Positions 31,608 to 42,065 are shown, numbered from the stretch's first letter. The stretch is DNA of 64,000 bases from Chryseobacterium gleum (GCA_945903645.1 CAMDOM010000013.1:485-64484); one strand, 5' to 3'. Made by a program: numbers and translations. The notes: generated by a model from the letters alone, not told the origin.

Positions 31608-32744
31608 TTATTTGCTGGTCTTCACTTCATCGCCAGTGGCCACCTCGTTGTAGCCTTCCACAATTACCTGCATACCAGCAGTTAGCCCTTCGGATATAAG
31701 GATGGAACCTTGACTCGATTTATCCAGTTTTACGTAGGTTTTTATGGCTGTTTCTTTCCCATCAGCTTTTTGCACTGTAAATACATAATCGCCTTTGGGG
31801 TCTTTGCTCACGCATTTAGCGGGAACAATCAATGCTCCATTGGCCTCAAAGTCTTTGATTTTTAGGGTAGCGATACCATTGGGTTTGAGGAGTCCGTTGC
31901 TATTATTTACTAATACCTCTACAGCAAATGCACGATTTGCAGGATTTATCATGCTGCTTACCATGCGAATGGGCGCCTTGGTAGAAAAACCAAACGATGG
32001 AAAATCAATATCCACCATGCTATTAGGCTTCACGCTTTGTACATAGTTTTCGGACACATCCGCTTTCACCTTCATCTGGTTCATGTTTACCACAGTGAGT
32101 ATTGGCATACCCGGTGCGGCCAATTCGCCTTCTTTTTGGTAGAGACGGTCTACAACACCCGAAAACGGTGCTTTTATGGTAGCCATATCCATTTGCGCCA
32201 CCACGGTAGCACGTTTCTTTTGTGCTTGCTCTAAGTTGCTTTTGGCTTCCAAGTACTGAATTTCCGAGCCTATTTTGCTTTCCCACAAGCGGCTTTGACG
32301 GTCATAAACAATTTGCGCCATGGCAATGCCGTTGTCCAATTCTTCCAAACTTTTTTGGATAACGTTAGTGCTCAATGTGGCAAGGGTTTGCCCTGCCGAA
32401 ACGCGGTCGCCTTCGCGCACTGTGATGCGTTTAATTTGTCCGCCTTGCTCGGGGCTAACATTGGCTACTTCCACCGCTTCGATGGTACCGTTTACTTCAA
32501 AGAAATGCTCAAACTTCTCTGGGGTAATGTTTTTAACGGTTACCAACAAACGGCCATCTTTTACATCAGAAAAACTTGAATCTGCAGCCAGAATTGTTGC
32601 TTCCAAAAGGCGAATCTCATTCTCCAATTTCGCAAGCTCGGTGCGTTTCTCAGTGAGAAGCGATTTTTTGCCTTCAATAGAATCGTCAGAACCACAGGCG
32701 GCAAAAAGGAGTAGTGTTGAAAGGGTAATCAAATAGGGTTTCAT
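31608..32744 (-). CDS. RND periplasmic adaptor (MFP) lipoprotein
   Basis: Lipobox FAAC; VREGDRVSAGQ and IKAPFSGVV lipoyl halves. Confidence 0.92.
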   Translation of the reverse strand: MKPYLITLSTLLLFAACGSDDSIEGKKSLLTEKRTELAKLENEIRLLEATILAADSSFSDVKDGRLLVTVKNITPEKFEHFFEVNGTIEAVEVANVSPEQGGQIKRITVREGDRVSAGQTLATLSTNVIQKSLEELDNGIAMAQIVYDRQSRLWESKIGSEIQYLEAKSNLEQAQKKRATVVAQMDMATIKAPFSGVVDRLYQKEGELAAPGMPILTVVNMNQMKVKADVSENYVQSVKPNSMVDIDFPSFGFSTKAPIRMVSSMINPANRAFAVEVLVNNSNGLLKPNGIATLKIKDFEANGALIVPAKCVSKDPKGDYVFTVQKADGKETAIKTYVKLDKSSQGSILISEGLTAGMQVIVEGYNEVATGDEVKTSK

Positions 32745-32793
32745 TTCGTGGAATTAAGGATGTTGAATTGTGGATTAAATGTTTAAGGAGGTT

Positions 32794-34134
32794 TTACTGA
32801 TTAAAAGAGCGGCTTAAGCTCAGTTTGGCGTCCATAGTGGCAAAAAGCTTATTGATGTAGTCGCCTTGAGCTTGTGCCAATTGGTTTTCTGCTTGGGTCA
32901 AGTCCATGCTTGTGCTCATGCCTTCGTTATATTTTACAAGGATGGTAGCACGAATGCTTTGAGCCAATTTCAATCCTCGTTCGGCATTGGCAAGTTGTTC
33001 CATAGCCGATACATAACTGTCACGTGAGGTTTTGTATTTCAGTTTTAAGCCTTCTTTCACATTAAACAATTGGTCGCGCTTGCGTTGCTCTTCCAATTTA
33101 GCTTTTTGAATGGAAGCCAAATTGCCAAGGTTGTCCCAAATTGGAATTTTAAGGCTGATGCCCCAAAGCGAATTGGGAAACCATGTGCCAGCACTGCTAA
33201 AGAAGTTAAACTCGTTTCCGAACGCCTGTTGCTTGTATGAATAGTAGGCTGCAAGTGTGGGCATGTATTTAGACTGTTCCAACTGGGTGAGGTACTTGTG
33301 CATCTTCACATCTTGACTCACAATGTCGTAGTTGATGTTTTTCTCCACTGAAAATTCTTGGGTAAGCAGCTTCTCTGGGTCAGCGGTTTTCCACATGGTT
33401 TCGAGGCCATCGGTTAGTGTCACTTCGGTATCCACATCCATACCTATGGTGTATTTCAATAGGTTTTTTGCAGCCTCTGCTTGACGTGTTGCCATGCTTA
33501 TTTGGGTACGCATGTTGGTTACCAGAAGGTCTATTTGATCCACATCCATTTGCTCCGCAAAGCCATTTTGAAACAAGGCAGTAGTTTCCGAAAGCGTTTT
33601 CTCTAAATTCTTGAGGTTCGAACTAAGGATAGCCACATTTTCTGCTGCTACCAAGGCAGTGTAATAGTTTTGCTCGGCTGCAGCAGCAACGTTGTAATTA
33701 ATCATATTGCCTTTGCTGGCTTGCAATTTTTGCAATCCTTTTGCACCACGCAATCCTATTATATATGAACCATTGAAGAGCACTTGACTCACTGTTCCGC
33801 CCACATCCATAGTGTAAGGCTGGCCAAATTGGACGGGTTGTGCAGGCGTACCAGCAGGCGCACCAAACAGCGTGGCATCAATAAGGCTTGTGGGCAAATC
33901 GATGAAATTGTTAAAAGCCACCTCGGCATTCACCTGCGGCAACAATCGCGCTGTGGCCATCCAAATGTCTTTGTCGGCTTGCTTAATGTCGATAACAGCA
34001 CCTTTGGCCTCGTAGCTGTTTTGGATGGCGTAATCTTTGGCTTGCTGCAAGCTCAACTGCATCGCAGGCTTGTCTTGCGCCCACAGTGCTAAGGGAAAAA
34101 ATAGAATAGAAAGTTGTACTGCTGCTGTTCGCAT
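32794..34134 (-). CDS. TolC-family outer membrane efflux protein
   Basis: LSLQQAKDYAIQN and OEP-type repeats; operon context (alternative TTG start at 34146). Confidence 0.9.
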   Translation of the reverse strand: MRTAAVQLSILFFPLALWAQDKPAMQLSLQQAKDYAIQNSYEAKGAVIDIKQADKDIWMATARLLPQVNAEVAFNNFIDLPTSLIDATLFGAPAGTPAQPVQFGQPYTMDVGGTVSQVLFNGSYIIGLRGAKGLQKLQASKGNMINYNVAAAAEQNYYTALVAAENVAILSSNLKNLEKTLSETTALFQNGFAEQMDVDQIDLLVTNMRTQISMATRQAEAAKNLLKYTIGMDVDTEVTLTDGLETMWKTADPEKLLTQEFSVEKNINYDIVSQDVKMHKYLTQLEQSKYMPTLAAYYSYKQQAFGNEFNFFSSAGTWFPNSLWGISLKIPIWDNLGNLASIQKAKLEEQRKRDQLFNVKEGLKLKYKTSRDSYVSAMEQLANAERGLKLAQSIRATILVKYNEGMSTSMDLTQAENQLAQAQGDYINKLFATMDAKLSLSRSFNQ

Positions 34135-34179
34135 GGTATTATTCAAAATGTTGGGTTTCCTTACTACTTAAATCTCTAT

Positions 34180-34812
34180 TTAAAAAATCGCCTGATTCTG
34201 CGCGTTCATCGCCTTGAACTTATCCTGCAAGTAAATAATGCCCTTTTCACTTGCAATGCCGCGAATGTGGTATCGTATTGTTTCGGTATAAATCTGAGCG
34301 GCATTAAACTGCGCCCTTGGAAACAATGCCTCGTCAAAAATCACATCCATGCGCCCCACGTACAAACCCGAAATAATATCGGCATTCAAATTGACGCGAT
34401 ACAACCCTTGTTCGATACCCACTTGCATGTTGCGGGTCAATACCCCACGAATGGTTTTTAGCTTGTAATCCATAAACAGCTTGTGCGCCTTGGGGTAGTA
34501 TTTCTCCAAATCAAAGAGAATGCTGGGATGCATTTTGGTGAGGTGCTCGCTTACGTGCTGGGCCATCAAAAACATTTCATCTATGGCATTGGCGGCATCC
34601 ACATGTATTTGCTCCATCATGGCAATGTCTTTTTCCATGTAGGCGGTCATAGTGAGTTCTACCAGTTCGGCTTTGTCGGCTACGCAGAGGTAAAGTGTCT
34701 TTTTGGATATACCCAAATGTCGGGCTATATCGTCCATAGTTAGACTGCGTACACCATACTGCATAAACAAGCCTGTGACTTGCTCCAACAGTTGCTGACA
34801 TTTCATTTCCAT
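34180..34812 (-). CDS. TetR/AcrR family regulator
   Basis: TMDDIARHLGISKKTLY HTH. Confidence 0.92.
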   Translation of the reverse strand: MEMKCQQLLEQVTGLFMQYGVRSLTMDDIARHLGISKKTLYLCVADKAELVELTMTAYMEKDIAMMEQIHVDAANAIDEMFLMAQHVSEHLTKMHPSILFDLEKYYPKAHKLFMDYKLKTIRGVLTRNMQVGIEQGLYRVNLNADIISGLYVGRMDVIFDEALFPRAQFNAAQIYTETIRYHIRGIASEKGIIYLQDKFKAMNAQNQAIF

Positions 34813-34839
34813 ATTGCAAAAGTACTAATCTGGAAACGA

Positions 34840-34869
34840 TGGAAACGTTTTTAATAACAAAAGTTTCCA
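34840..34869. promoter_or_regulatory. Candidate TetR operator next to a TAnnTTTG -7 box (34817-34824, minus strand)
   Basis: Inverted repeat tggaaac...gtttcca; extra tggaaacg copy at 34831. Confidence 0.55.
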
Positions 34870-34930
34870 AAGTTTATAATTCCTTAACATAAAGCAGCGG
34901 AAAGGGAATTACTGGCCAAACAGAGGGCCA

Positions 34931-36391
34931 CTAATTATCCCCGTAGTACTGCTTGGTGCCTGTGGCGTCAAACTGAAAGGCTTTGTCGCTTTCGGTTTTG
35001 TCGAGTTTATTTGCTGCGGATAGGCTCCATAGCACCAATTCCATGCAAAACAGTTTTTCGGCTTCGGTGCGCTTTCCGCAATGGGTTTCTACCACCTTCA
35101 CCAGCGGTGTTATGGAGAGTAGATTGGCATTGAATTCAGCGTCTGTGTCTGTATAGTTCAGTTCTACCATGTCGTTGGTGTCAAACCAAGCAATCACATC
35201 GGTGTAAGGTGTTTTTACACCCTGCTTCTCCAGCTTTGGTATGCGCGGAAAAAGCTTCTCAAACTCGGTGGTAACAGCCTTGTCAATAAGGTGCTTTGCC
35301 ACACCAGTTGCGCCTTCTTGCTCGCCTTCATATACCAGTTCAATCTTGCCGGTGATGGAGGGGATTATTGAATTAAAATCCACCAATCGGATTACGGTCT
35401 TTTGCTCACCTGTTTCTATGAGGCGAAGATTGGCCGCTGCCATTAGGTTTTCCATTGCGCTGATGGTGAGTCGTGCACTAACTCCGCTTTTGGCGTCTAC
35501 ATATTCGCTGTCGCGTGCTTCAAAAGATACTTGTTCTAGCAGGTCTTTGGCCAATTCGCACATGGATATATTCTCCTTATCGTGTGCAGATATGCGGGCC
35601 TCTTGCTGGGTTATTTTCTTAGCCAGCTCAATGCTTTTGGGGTAGTGCGTGAAGATTTGAGATCCAATCCGGTCTTTTAAAGGAGTAACAATGCTGCCTC
35701 TATTTGTGTAGTCCTCTGGATTGGCAGTGAAAATGAACTGTATGTCCAAAGGCATACGCAACTGAAAACCACGTATTTGAATATCGCCTTCTTGCAATAT
35801 ATTGAATAGCGAAACTTGGATACGTGCCTGCAAATCGGGCAACTCATTTAATACGAAAATGCAGCGATTGGCCCGTGGAATCATGCCATAATGCAGCACG
35901 CGCTCGTCTGAGTAAGGCAATTTGAGCGTTGCGGCTTTTATGGGGTCTATATCGCCTATTAAGTCAGACACATTCACATCGGGTGTAGCCAATTTCTCAA
36001 AGAAACGGTCGGAGCGATGTACCCAACTTATAGGGGTAGCATCGCCCATTTCGGTAAGCGTATCTTTTGCGTATTTGGAGATAGGGCGGTAAGGGCTATC
36101 GTTTATCTCCGAACCTTTCACAATGGGCATGTACTCGTCCAGGAGGGCAATCATATTACGCGCAATGCGTGTTTTTGCCTGACCGCGCAATCCCAATAGG
36201 TTAATGTGATGCCCTGCGAGTATGGCCTTTTTCAATTGCGGAACCACGGTATCATCGTAGCCCCATAGGCCATCAAATGCTGGATTACCCGCCCTTATCC
36301 GTGCAATTAGGTTTTCCTTTAGCTCTTGGTTTATGGTACGCTCTTGATATCCAGACTGCTTTAGCGCTCCAAACGTAATTTCTTGTTTCAT
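34931..36391 (-). CDS. AAA+ ATPase, Mg-chelatase/MoxR-like (start revised to ATG 36391)
   Basis: GLRGQAKT Walker A variant, VLNELPDL Walker B, FTANPEDY. Confidence 0.85.
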   Translation of the reverse strand: MKQEITFGALKQSGYQERTINQELKENLIARIRAGNPAFDGLWGYDDTVVPQLKKAILAGHHINLLGLRGQAKTRIARNMIALLDEYMPIVKGSEINDSPYRPISKYAKDTLTEMGDATPISWVHRSDRFFEKLATPDVNVSDLIGDIDPIKAATLKLPYSDERVLHYGMIPRANRCIFVLNELPDLQARIQVSLFNILQEGDIQIRGFQLRMPLDIQFIFTANPEDYTNRGSIVTPLKDRIGSQIFTHYPKSIELAKKITQQEARISAHDKENISMCELAKDLLEQVSFEARDSEYVDAKSGVSARLTISAMENLMAAANLRLIETGEQKTVIRLVDFNSIIPSITGKIELVYEGEQEGATGVAKHLIDKAVTTEFEKLFPRIPKLEKQGVKTPYTDVIAWFDTNDMVELNYTDTDAEFNANLLSITPLVKVVETHCGKRTEAEKLFCMELVLWSLSAANKLDKTESDKAFQFDATGTKQYYGDN

Positions 36392-36392
36392 C

Positions 36393-37535
36393 TTATATTT
36401 TTTTGACTCTGTTTTTCTCGTAATCCTCAAATAGCATGTCGCCCAAACCTTTCAAACCTGTTAGGAAAGCTTTGCCGTTGTTTTGAGCGGTAAACATCTT
36501 TATAAACTGCTTCAAATAGGGGTCTGATGCAATCATGAAGGTGGTGATTGGTATTTTCAGTTTCCTCGCTTGCGCTGCCTTGTTTAGGCATTGCGCTACT
36601 ATCATTTCATCTAATCCGTTGCTATTCATGTAATACTCTCCGTTTGGCAACCGCACGCAGCTGGGTTTTCCATCTGTAATCATGAATATCTGCTTGTTGG
36701 TGTTGCGTTTACGCCTCAATATGTCCATCGCCAATTCCAAGCCGGCCACTGTGTTGGTGTGGTATGGCCCTACTTTCAGATAGGGGAGGTCTTTTATCTG
36801 AATGGGCCAAGCATCGTTGCCAAATACGATGATGTCAATAGAGTCTTTAGGGTATTTGCGATGTATCATTTCTACCAACGCCATAGCTACTTTTTTGGCA
36901 GGCGTTATGCGGTCTTCACCATACAATATCATCGAATGGCTAATGTCAATCATCAGCACGGTGCTCATTTGGGCCTTGTGCTTGGTTTCCTCTACTACAA
37001 GGTCGTTTTCGGTCAGCTTTAGGTCGCTTATCCCATGATTGATTTGGGCGTTCTTTAAACTCTCGGTCATATCCACTCGCGAAAAATCGTCCCCATAGCT
37101 GTACGGGCGATTTTCGCCATCGCGTTCGTCCCCTTGACCTACTTTTTTGGTTCGATGATTGCCAGCGCCACTTTTTTGGAGTTTGCCAAAAATCTGTTCC
37201 AAGGCATATTGGCGCAGTGCCGATTCCAATTTGGGAGTAAGAATATTCCTACCTTTTCCTTTGCCCGAGTTTCCACCTTCTGGGTCTATCTCTTCTTTGA
37301 TGTAGCCCCGCTTTTTGAGGTCTTCTTCAAAATCGGCAAGGGTATATGCATCGGTGAAAATGTCATATTCGTTGTCCAGTTCCTTCAGCCAAGCAAACGC
37401 TTCTTCAATATCGCCAGAAGTATGAGTAAGCAGCTCTTTGAAAGTGCTAAACACCTTGTCGAAAGGGGAGATTTCCTTCGGGTTGTGCTTGCTAAATATG
37501 AATCCTTTGCCGAGGTTAAATTGAATTCCGTCCAT
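36393..37535 (-). CDS. VWA-domain protein (start revised to ATG 37535)
   Basis: MIDAS DISHS, TNTVAG, ITDG. Confidence 0.88.
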   Translation of the reverse strand: MDGIQFNLGKGFIFSKHNPKEISPFDKVFSTFKELLTHTSGDIEEAFAWLKELDNEYDIFTDAYTLADFEEDLKKRGYIKEEIDPEGGNSGKGKGRNILTPKLESALRQYALEQIFGKLQKSGAGNHRTKKVGQGDERDGENRPYSYGDDFSRVDMTESLKNAQINHGISDLKLTENDLVVEETKHKAQMSTVLMIDISHSMILYGEDRITPAKKVAMALVEMIHRKYPKDSIDIIVFGNDAWPIQIKDLPYLKVGPYHTNTVAGLELAMDILRRKRNTNKQIFMITDGKPSCVRLPNGEYYMNSNGLDEMIVAQCLNKAAQARKLKIPITTFMIASDPYLKQFIKMFTAQNNGKAFLTGLKGLGDMLFEDYEKNRVKKI

Positions 37536-37816
37536 CCTATCGGCTAAAATACTACCGTAACCAACAAACAGCACAACGGGGGTATTGTTTTGTAGGGGCA
37601 ACGCATCAAAATGATATTTCTGGACCGAGGATATGGTTTTTCGAGATAAGCAAGGTGGAGTGAGAAATCTTCATTAAATTGATTTTTAATTACATAGATA
37701 CATAGGCGTAACAAATGAAAAGATAGAGAGATGCCTCGGAATTCACGTAGTAGTGCGCGTAAATGCCGATTTTTCAGGATAATATCTAACACCAACGCTC
37801 TTAACTATGTGTCTAT

Positions 37817-38545
37817 GTGGTTGAGAATCAGTTCCCTTTGCTTGAAGGAAGAGATGTAGATCGCTACCAAGTGAAATGGGACAATAAATGGGTTAAATAC
37901 GGCTTTCATTTAGCTGAACCTCGAAACTTAGAGTTATTTCAGGATGAGCGATTGCTTGCAAGAAGAACAATGGGTGAAAAAATTATCGCAGCATGGTGTA
38001 ATGAGGATATGATTTCGAATGCCTTGTTGCATGTGGTAAAAATTCCCTCAAATTATTCTGGGAAGTCGGTTTTAAGTATTGTCATATCCAAGTTATTGGC
38101 GTATTACTTCAGAAAAATGTCAGGAAGAGATGACAAAGCTTTTCCAGAGATTAAAGTGCACCAACTTCGTTCACTACCAATCATGTTTGACTGTAATCAT
38201 GATTTTAAGGTAGATTCAATTATGACATCTGTAAAAGATTTTGAAGAATCAGTTTCTAACCTTTTGAATTTACTCCAAACCCAATTCGACATCCCGAAAC
38301 CGAGCACGAAGTTGCAGCAGTGGCCGAGTTTAGATTTTAAGGGCTTTATGGCAGAGTTGGGCAAGGCCAAGGTGGTGTTGAGCTTAGAGAAACAGGAGGA
38401 ATGGATGGCTTACTTCACTAAAAAGAAAACAGAAGCCAACGCCCTGCAAAGTGAAATAGATAGAATAGATAAAGAGATTGATAAGATGGTGTATGGGTTG
38501 TATGGGCTTACACAAGAAGAAATCGCCATAGTTGAGAACGCATAA
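37817..38545 (+). pseudogene. C-terminal fragment (TaqI-like specificity domain) of a type IIG restriction-modification enzyme
   Basis: GRDVDRY, SKLLAYYF, LRSLPI, IDKMVYGLYGLTQEEIAIVE; no MTase or nuclease part upstream. Confidence 0.8.
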
Positions 38546-38620
38546 AAACCCCGATGATCGCTTCGTGAATACCTTATTCCATTTCATTTTGCCAGTCGCA
38601 AATTGATAGTATGGTGCATG

Positions 38621-38717
38621 GGTTGTAGAGACGTTGCATGCAACGCCTCTACAACCAAATTCCGATAACCTATAGAGACGTTGCATGCAACGTCTCCACC
38701 GCATGCAACGTCTCTAC
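38621..38717. repeat. REP palindromes GTAGAGACGTTGCATGCAACGTCTCTAC (two full, one half) upstream of RAYT
   Basis: Copies at 38625-38652, 38672-38699, half at 38701-38717; GTAG tetranucleotide end. Confidence 0.9.
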
Positions 38718-38739
38718 CGAAAATCATGATATTTACCCC

Positions 38740-39330
38740 ATGGCCGATCTATTTCGCGACAAATACCGCGTCCCGTCTGCCCGCGCCCCATGGTGGGATT
38801 ATGGGCGCGATGCTGCCTATTTCATCACCATCTGCACCCAAGACCGTCAACATTTCTTCGGAGAGGTAGAGCAAGGGGAGATGCTTCTCACGGAGATTGG
38901 ACAGATTGCCCATGATTGTTGGTATACCATACCTGACCATTTTCCATTTGTTCACCTTCATGAATTCGTGGTGATGCCAAATCATGTGCATGGCATTGTC
39001 ATCATTGATCGGTATGGATCTGGTCTTCCGCCTGCAGAGACGTTGCATGTTGTGGAGACGTTGCATGCAACGTCTCTACCACCACAACCACCCAAAAACG
39101 AAAAAATGGCAGCCATATCCCCTAAATCAGGGTCGTTGTCCACCATAATCAGGTCATACAAATCTGCGGTATCAAAACAGGCGCGCGCTATCCATGCCGA
39201 TTTTGCATGGCAATCGCGTTTTCATGAACACATCATCCGTGATACCCAGAAACTCGAAAAGATCCGTTTTTACATCCTGAACAACCCTTTGTTGTGGGAA
39301 AAGGACAAATTCAATCTGAATAATCAGTAA
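38740..39330 (+). mobile_element. REP-associated tyrosine transposase (RAYT, Y1 HUH family); start revised to ATG 38740
   Basis: YFITICT, MPNHVHGI (HUH), WQSRFHEHIIR, YILNNP (catalytic Tyr); REPs upstream and inside. Confidence 0.9.
39034..39079. repeat. Half plus full REP copy inside the RAYT reading frame
   Basis: gcagagacgttgcatg-tt-gtggagacgttgcatgcaacgtctctac, translated AETLHVVETLHATSL. Confidence 0.9.
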
Positions 39331-39450
39331 TCCTTCAAAACCTGCATTAAAATGCTCAGTCGGATTAAGTCTTCCGAAGGATTACTCGTGTGGAACTAGA
39401 CGCTGCCTGACTAAGTGTTATCATGCTCGTTGCAGCGTTTCCAAGGGGTA

Positions 39451-39525
39451 TCTTCAAGGGAATAGTGCACGCACAGTTTTCTACATTCGGCAGAGAGATT
39501 GCTGCGCTAAGTAGTAACTGGGCAA
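39451..39525 (+). repeat. 75-bp direct repeat, copy 1
   Basis: 65/75 identical to 40913-40987 by hand alignment. Confidence 0.9.
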
Positions 39526-39542
39526 AACCCGCACAGCCGTTG

Positions 39543-40811
39543 TTACAATTCTGCACTAACTTCCACAGCCTTCCCATTCCCAATATACATGGTTGGCTTT
39601 CCGCCCAAATCTGCAATTCTGCCATTAACGGCTATGCGTTTACCGTCTAAAAATTCAACGGGGTCATACTCAAAATTTATAAGGTCTTCTTTTTTAATGA
39701 ATATCGTAAAAATTTCATTGGGGTATTGCTTATCCAAATTCAATAGCACATTCCCAGCACGGCTCGCGCGGCCACTTACCACTTTACCCACAACGGTGGA
39801 GTTTTTGCTACCTCCCGCGGCACGCGCAGCCATAATGGTGCTAATCTGCCCGCGCTTTAGTTGCTCAATGGGCACAGGCGGCACATCGCCACTTGCTACT
39901 TCGCTAAACCAATCGCTCGTAATTTTTTGGTGGGCTATTTCAGCCTTTTCATCGGCTCGCAGTGCCGTAAAAAAAGATAAACCTGTCAGGTGTTCAACGC
40001 TGTCAATGTCCACGGCATAAAGTTCTAAAGGCTTTGTGCCCGGTGCATTGGGCAACACAAAACCAATGGCTTTCATCTGCACTCTATCCAGCACAACCTT
40101 CCAATAATAGTTCGGGATGCTCACTTTGTTTATGCCTCGTTCTATTCTGGGCAAACCATCAGTGAGTATTGGCCCCGTCACCACATACAACATACTACCG
40201 GGATGCTGATAGATATACTCCCGTATTTTATCTTCCAAATCACCCCAAATGCCGCGGTTAAAATCACCTAACTGCGGGCTCATATTGCTATACAAATAGC
40301 TTTCGCTTAGGGCCTGCGCACTCCATCGAAAATCTGCACTGGGTGCCAAATGGCCGCGATCATATCCAAAGCCATCATAGGTATAGCTGCTGTCGGGTTG
40401 CAGCTGCTTCAAAAAATAATCGGCTTCTACCGCGCTGCCTGTGGTTACCAAACTATCCGCCCTAAAATCGTTGGTACGGCTGACGGCACCTTCTGTAACA
40501 TCAGGCAAAATAATATGTGCCACCCATCGAGCTTGTTCATGTTTTTCAGCATACGCTAGTGCCATGCTGCTATGCCATAACAACTGATCGCCCGGTTTTA
40601 CATCTGGCAATCCAATTTGCATCAGGTCATTACCTACTTTTTCCAGTTTCAGTGTTTCACGGTGTCTGTTCAATATACCTTTCTGCGCTTCCAGATGGGC
40701 AATGTTCTTTTCCGTTTCTGCAATGTTTTTCGCTATACTTTGAGCAGAAGCAAAGCTTCCTCCCAAGCAAAAAATCCAAATAAAATAAAATGCTACGAAT
40801 GCTTTTTTCAA
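39543..40811 (-). CDS. Secreted DNA/RNA non-specific endonuclease (NucA/EndoG family) with C-terminal OB-like domain
   Basis: YDRGHLAP, NMSPQ, FNRGIW, IPNYYWKV; signal peptide. Confidence 0.9.
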   Translation of the reverse strand: MKKAFVAFYFIWIFCLGGSFASAQSIAKNIAETEKNIAHLEAQKGILNRHRETLKLEKVGNDLMQIGLPDVKPGDQLLWHSSMALAYAEKHEQARWVAHIILPDVTEGAVSRTNDFRADSLVTTGSAVEADYFLKQLQPDSSYTYDGFGYDRGHLAPSADFRWSAQALSESYLYSNMSPQLGDFNRGIWGDLEDKIREYIYQHPGSMLYVVTGPILTDGLPRIERGINKVSIPNYYWKVVLDRVQMKAIGFVLPNAPGTKPLELYAVDIDSVEHLTGLSFFTALRADEKAEIAHQKITSDWFSEVASGDVPPVPIEQLKRGQISTIMAARAAGGSKNSTVVGKVVSGRASRAGNVLLNLDKQYPNEIFTIFIKKEDLINFEYDPVEFLDGKRIAVNGRIADLGGKPTMYIGNGKAVEVSAEL

Positions 40812-40912
40812 GCGTCCAAGTTACTGCCGTAATAGAGCTGATAGTTTTAATTGTTCGTAATCAGTATGTGAAGTTATCCCGCAGGTGTGCGGGTTAAGTG
40901 TGCCGCAGAGTC

Positions 40913-40987
40913 TCTTCAATGGAACATTACACGCTCAGTTTTCCACATTCGGCATAGAGAACGCTGCGCTTAGTAGTAACTGGGCAA
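40913..40987 (+). repeat. 75-bp direct repeat, copy 2
   Basis: 65/75 identical to 39451-39525. Confidence 0.9.
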
Positions 40988-41095
40988 TAAACAAAACCAA
41001 AAATGCTACTAACCTCCGCCCAAGAAACCTACCACTACAATAGGACCAAAGGCCGAGTGGCATTAGCCTTATCTTTGTTTGTTAAAATTTAGGTC

Positions 41096-41332
41096 ATGAC
41101 AGCAAAACAGCTTATAGCGCTACTGCAACAGTTGCCTCCCGATACTCAAATGGTAGTAAGAGGATATGAAGATGGCTACAACGACATATCGCAATTGAAG
41201 CATAGGAAAGTGCAACCCCACGAAGGAAGAGCAGATGACTGGAATGGAAGTTATCAGGATGCTACCAGCACCAAATCGGCAACAATTGCAGTAGAGCTTT
41301 TTGGTAAAAACACAGCGGCTAAATCCAACTAA
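41096..41332 (+). CDS. Small hypothetical protein
   Basis: 78 aa (MTAKQLIALLQQLPPD...VVRGYEDGYND); TATCTTTG -7 box upstream. Confidence 0.7.
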   Translation: MTAKQLIALLQQLPPDTQMVVRGYEDGYNDISQLKHRKVQPHEGRADDWNGSYQDATSTKSATIAVELFGKNTAAKSN

Positions 41333-41472
41333 TGCCCCCGCTGGCGCAAGTGTTCCTAATGCGCTTGGTGCAGCGACCAAAGGGGGTCTCTTTATCCCGT
41401 TCCGTTCCTTTCCGAAGCTTCGGAACTGACATCTGACTAGAATACTTATATTTGATTCCAAACTTTTTAGTT

Positions 41473-41703
41473 ATGACCAGACAAGCAATTATTGAACGCA
41501 CCGTAAAGGCGATAAATCAGCTACCTGAGGAAAAAGCGGAAGAAATCTCTGATTTTGCCGATTTTGTCATTAAACGTTATGAGGAAAGTGTTTTGATAAA
41601 AGGAGTGCAGACCCTTAGCGCACAAAGTCATGCATTTGATTTCTTAAACGAGGAAGAGGACCTGTATTCCTTGTCCGACTTAAAAAAGGTGTATAATGGC
41701 TAA
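41473..41703 (+). CDS. Putative antitoxin (DUF2281-like); start revised to ATG 41473
   Basis: Acidic 76 aa, LPEEKAEEISDFADF; overlaps the downstream PemK gene. Confidence 0.7.
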   Translation: MTRQAIIERTVKAINQLPEEKAEEISDFADFVIKRYEESVLIKGVQTLSAQSHAFDFLNEEEDLYSLSDLKKVYNG

Positions 41704-42013
41704 AGGTGACGTTGTGTTAGTAACCTTTCCGTTTACAGATTTAACAGGTAGTAAATTACGCCCTGCTGTTGTTTTAACAGAGACATCACTTGATGTAACT
41801 GTTTGCTTTATTACAACCCAAATTGGGTGGCAAGAAAGTACTGATGTAGTACTAAATCCATCTATGGTTTCAGGAATTAGAAAGCAATCGCTTATCAGAA
41901 CAAGTAAAATTGCGACAATAGATCAAACGTTGTGCAAGGGCCTTTTGGGTATTTTGACAGCTATAGAAATTCAAGAGCTTAACCAAAAATTAAAGCAACT
42001 GCTCCAGTTGTAA
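41696..42013 (+). CDS. PemK/MazF-family toxin
   Basis: GDVVLVTFPFTD..KLRPAVVL...FITT. Confidence 0.88.
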   Translation: MAKGDVVLVTFPFTDLTGSKLRPAVVLTETSLDVTVCFITTQIGWQESTDVVLNPSMVSGIRKQSLIRTSKIATIDQTLCKGLLGILTAIEIQELNQKLKQLLQL

Positions 42014-42065
42014 ATTATGGGCGACCTTTCGTGCTAAGCTGTGCAAAGCTGGCTAAGAACAGCTC

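Noticed and set aside
34931-37535. VWA + AAA pair as a novel defence system
   Set aside because: Looks like the widespread chelatase/MoxR-type pair, is transcribed away from the accessory tract, and nothing links it to the tract.
38638-38739. N-terminal extension of RAYT in the ORF track
   Set aside because: It is translated REP sequence (DVACNVSTACNVST); ATG 38740 fits better.
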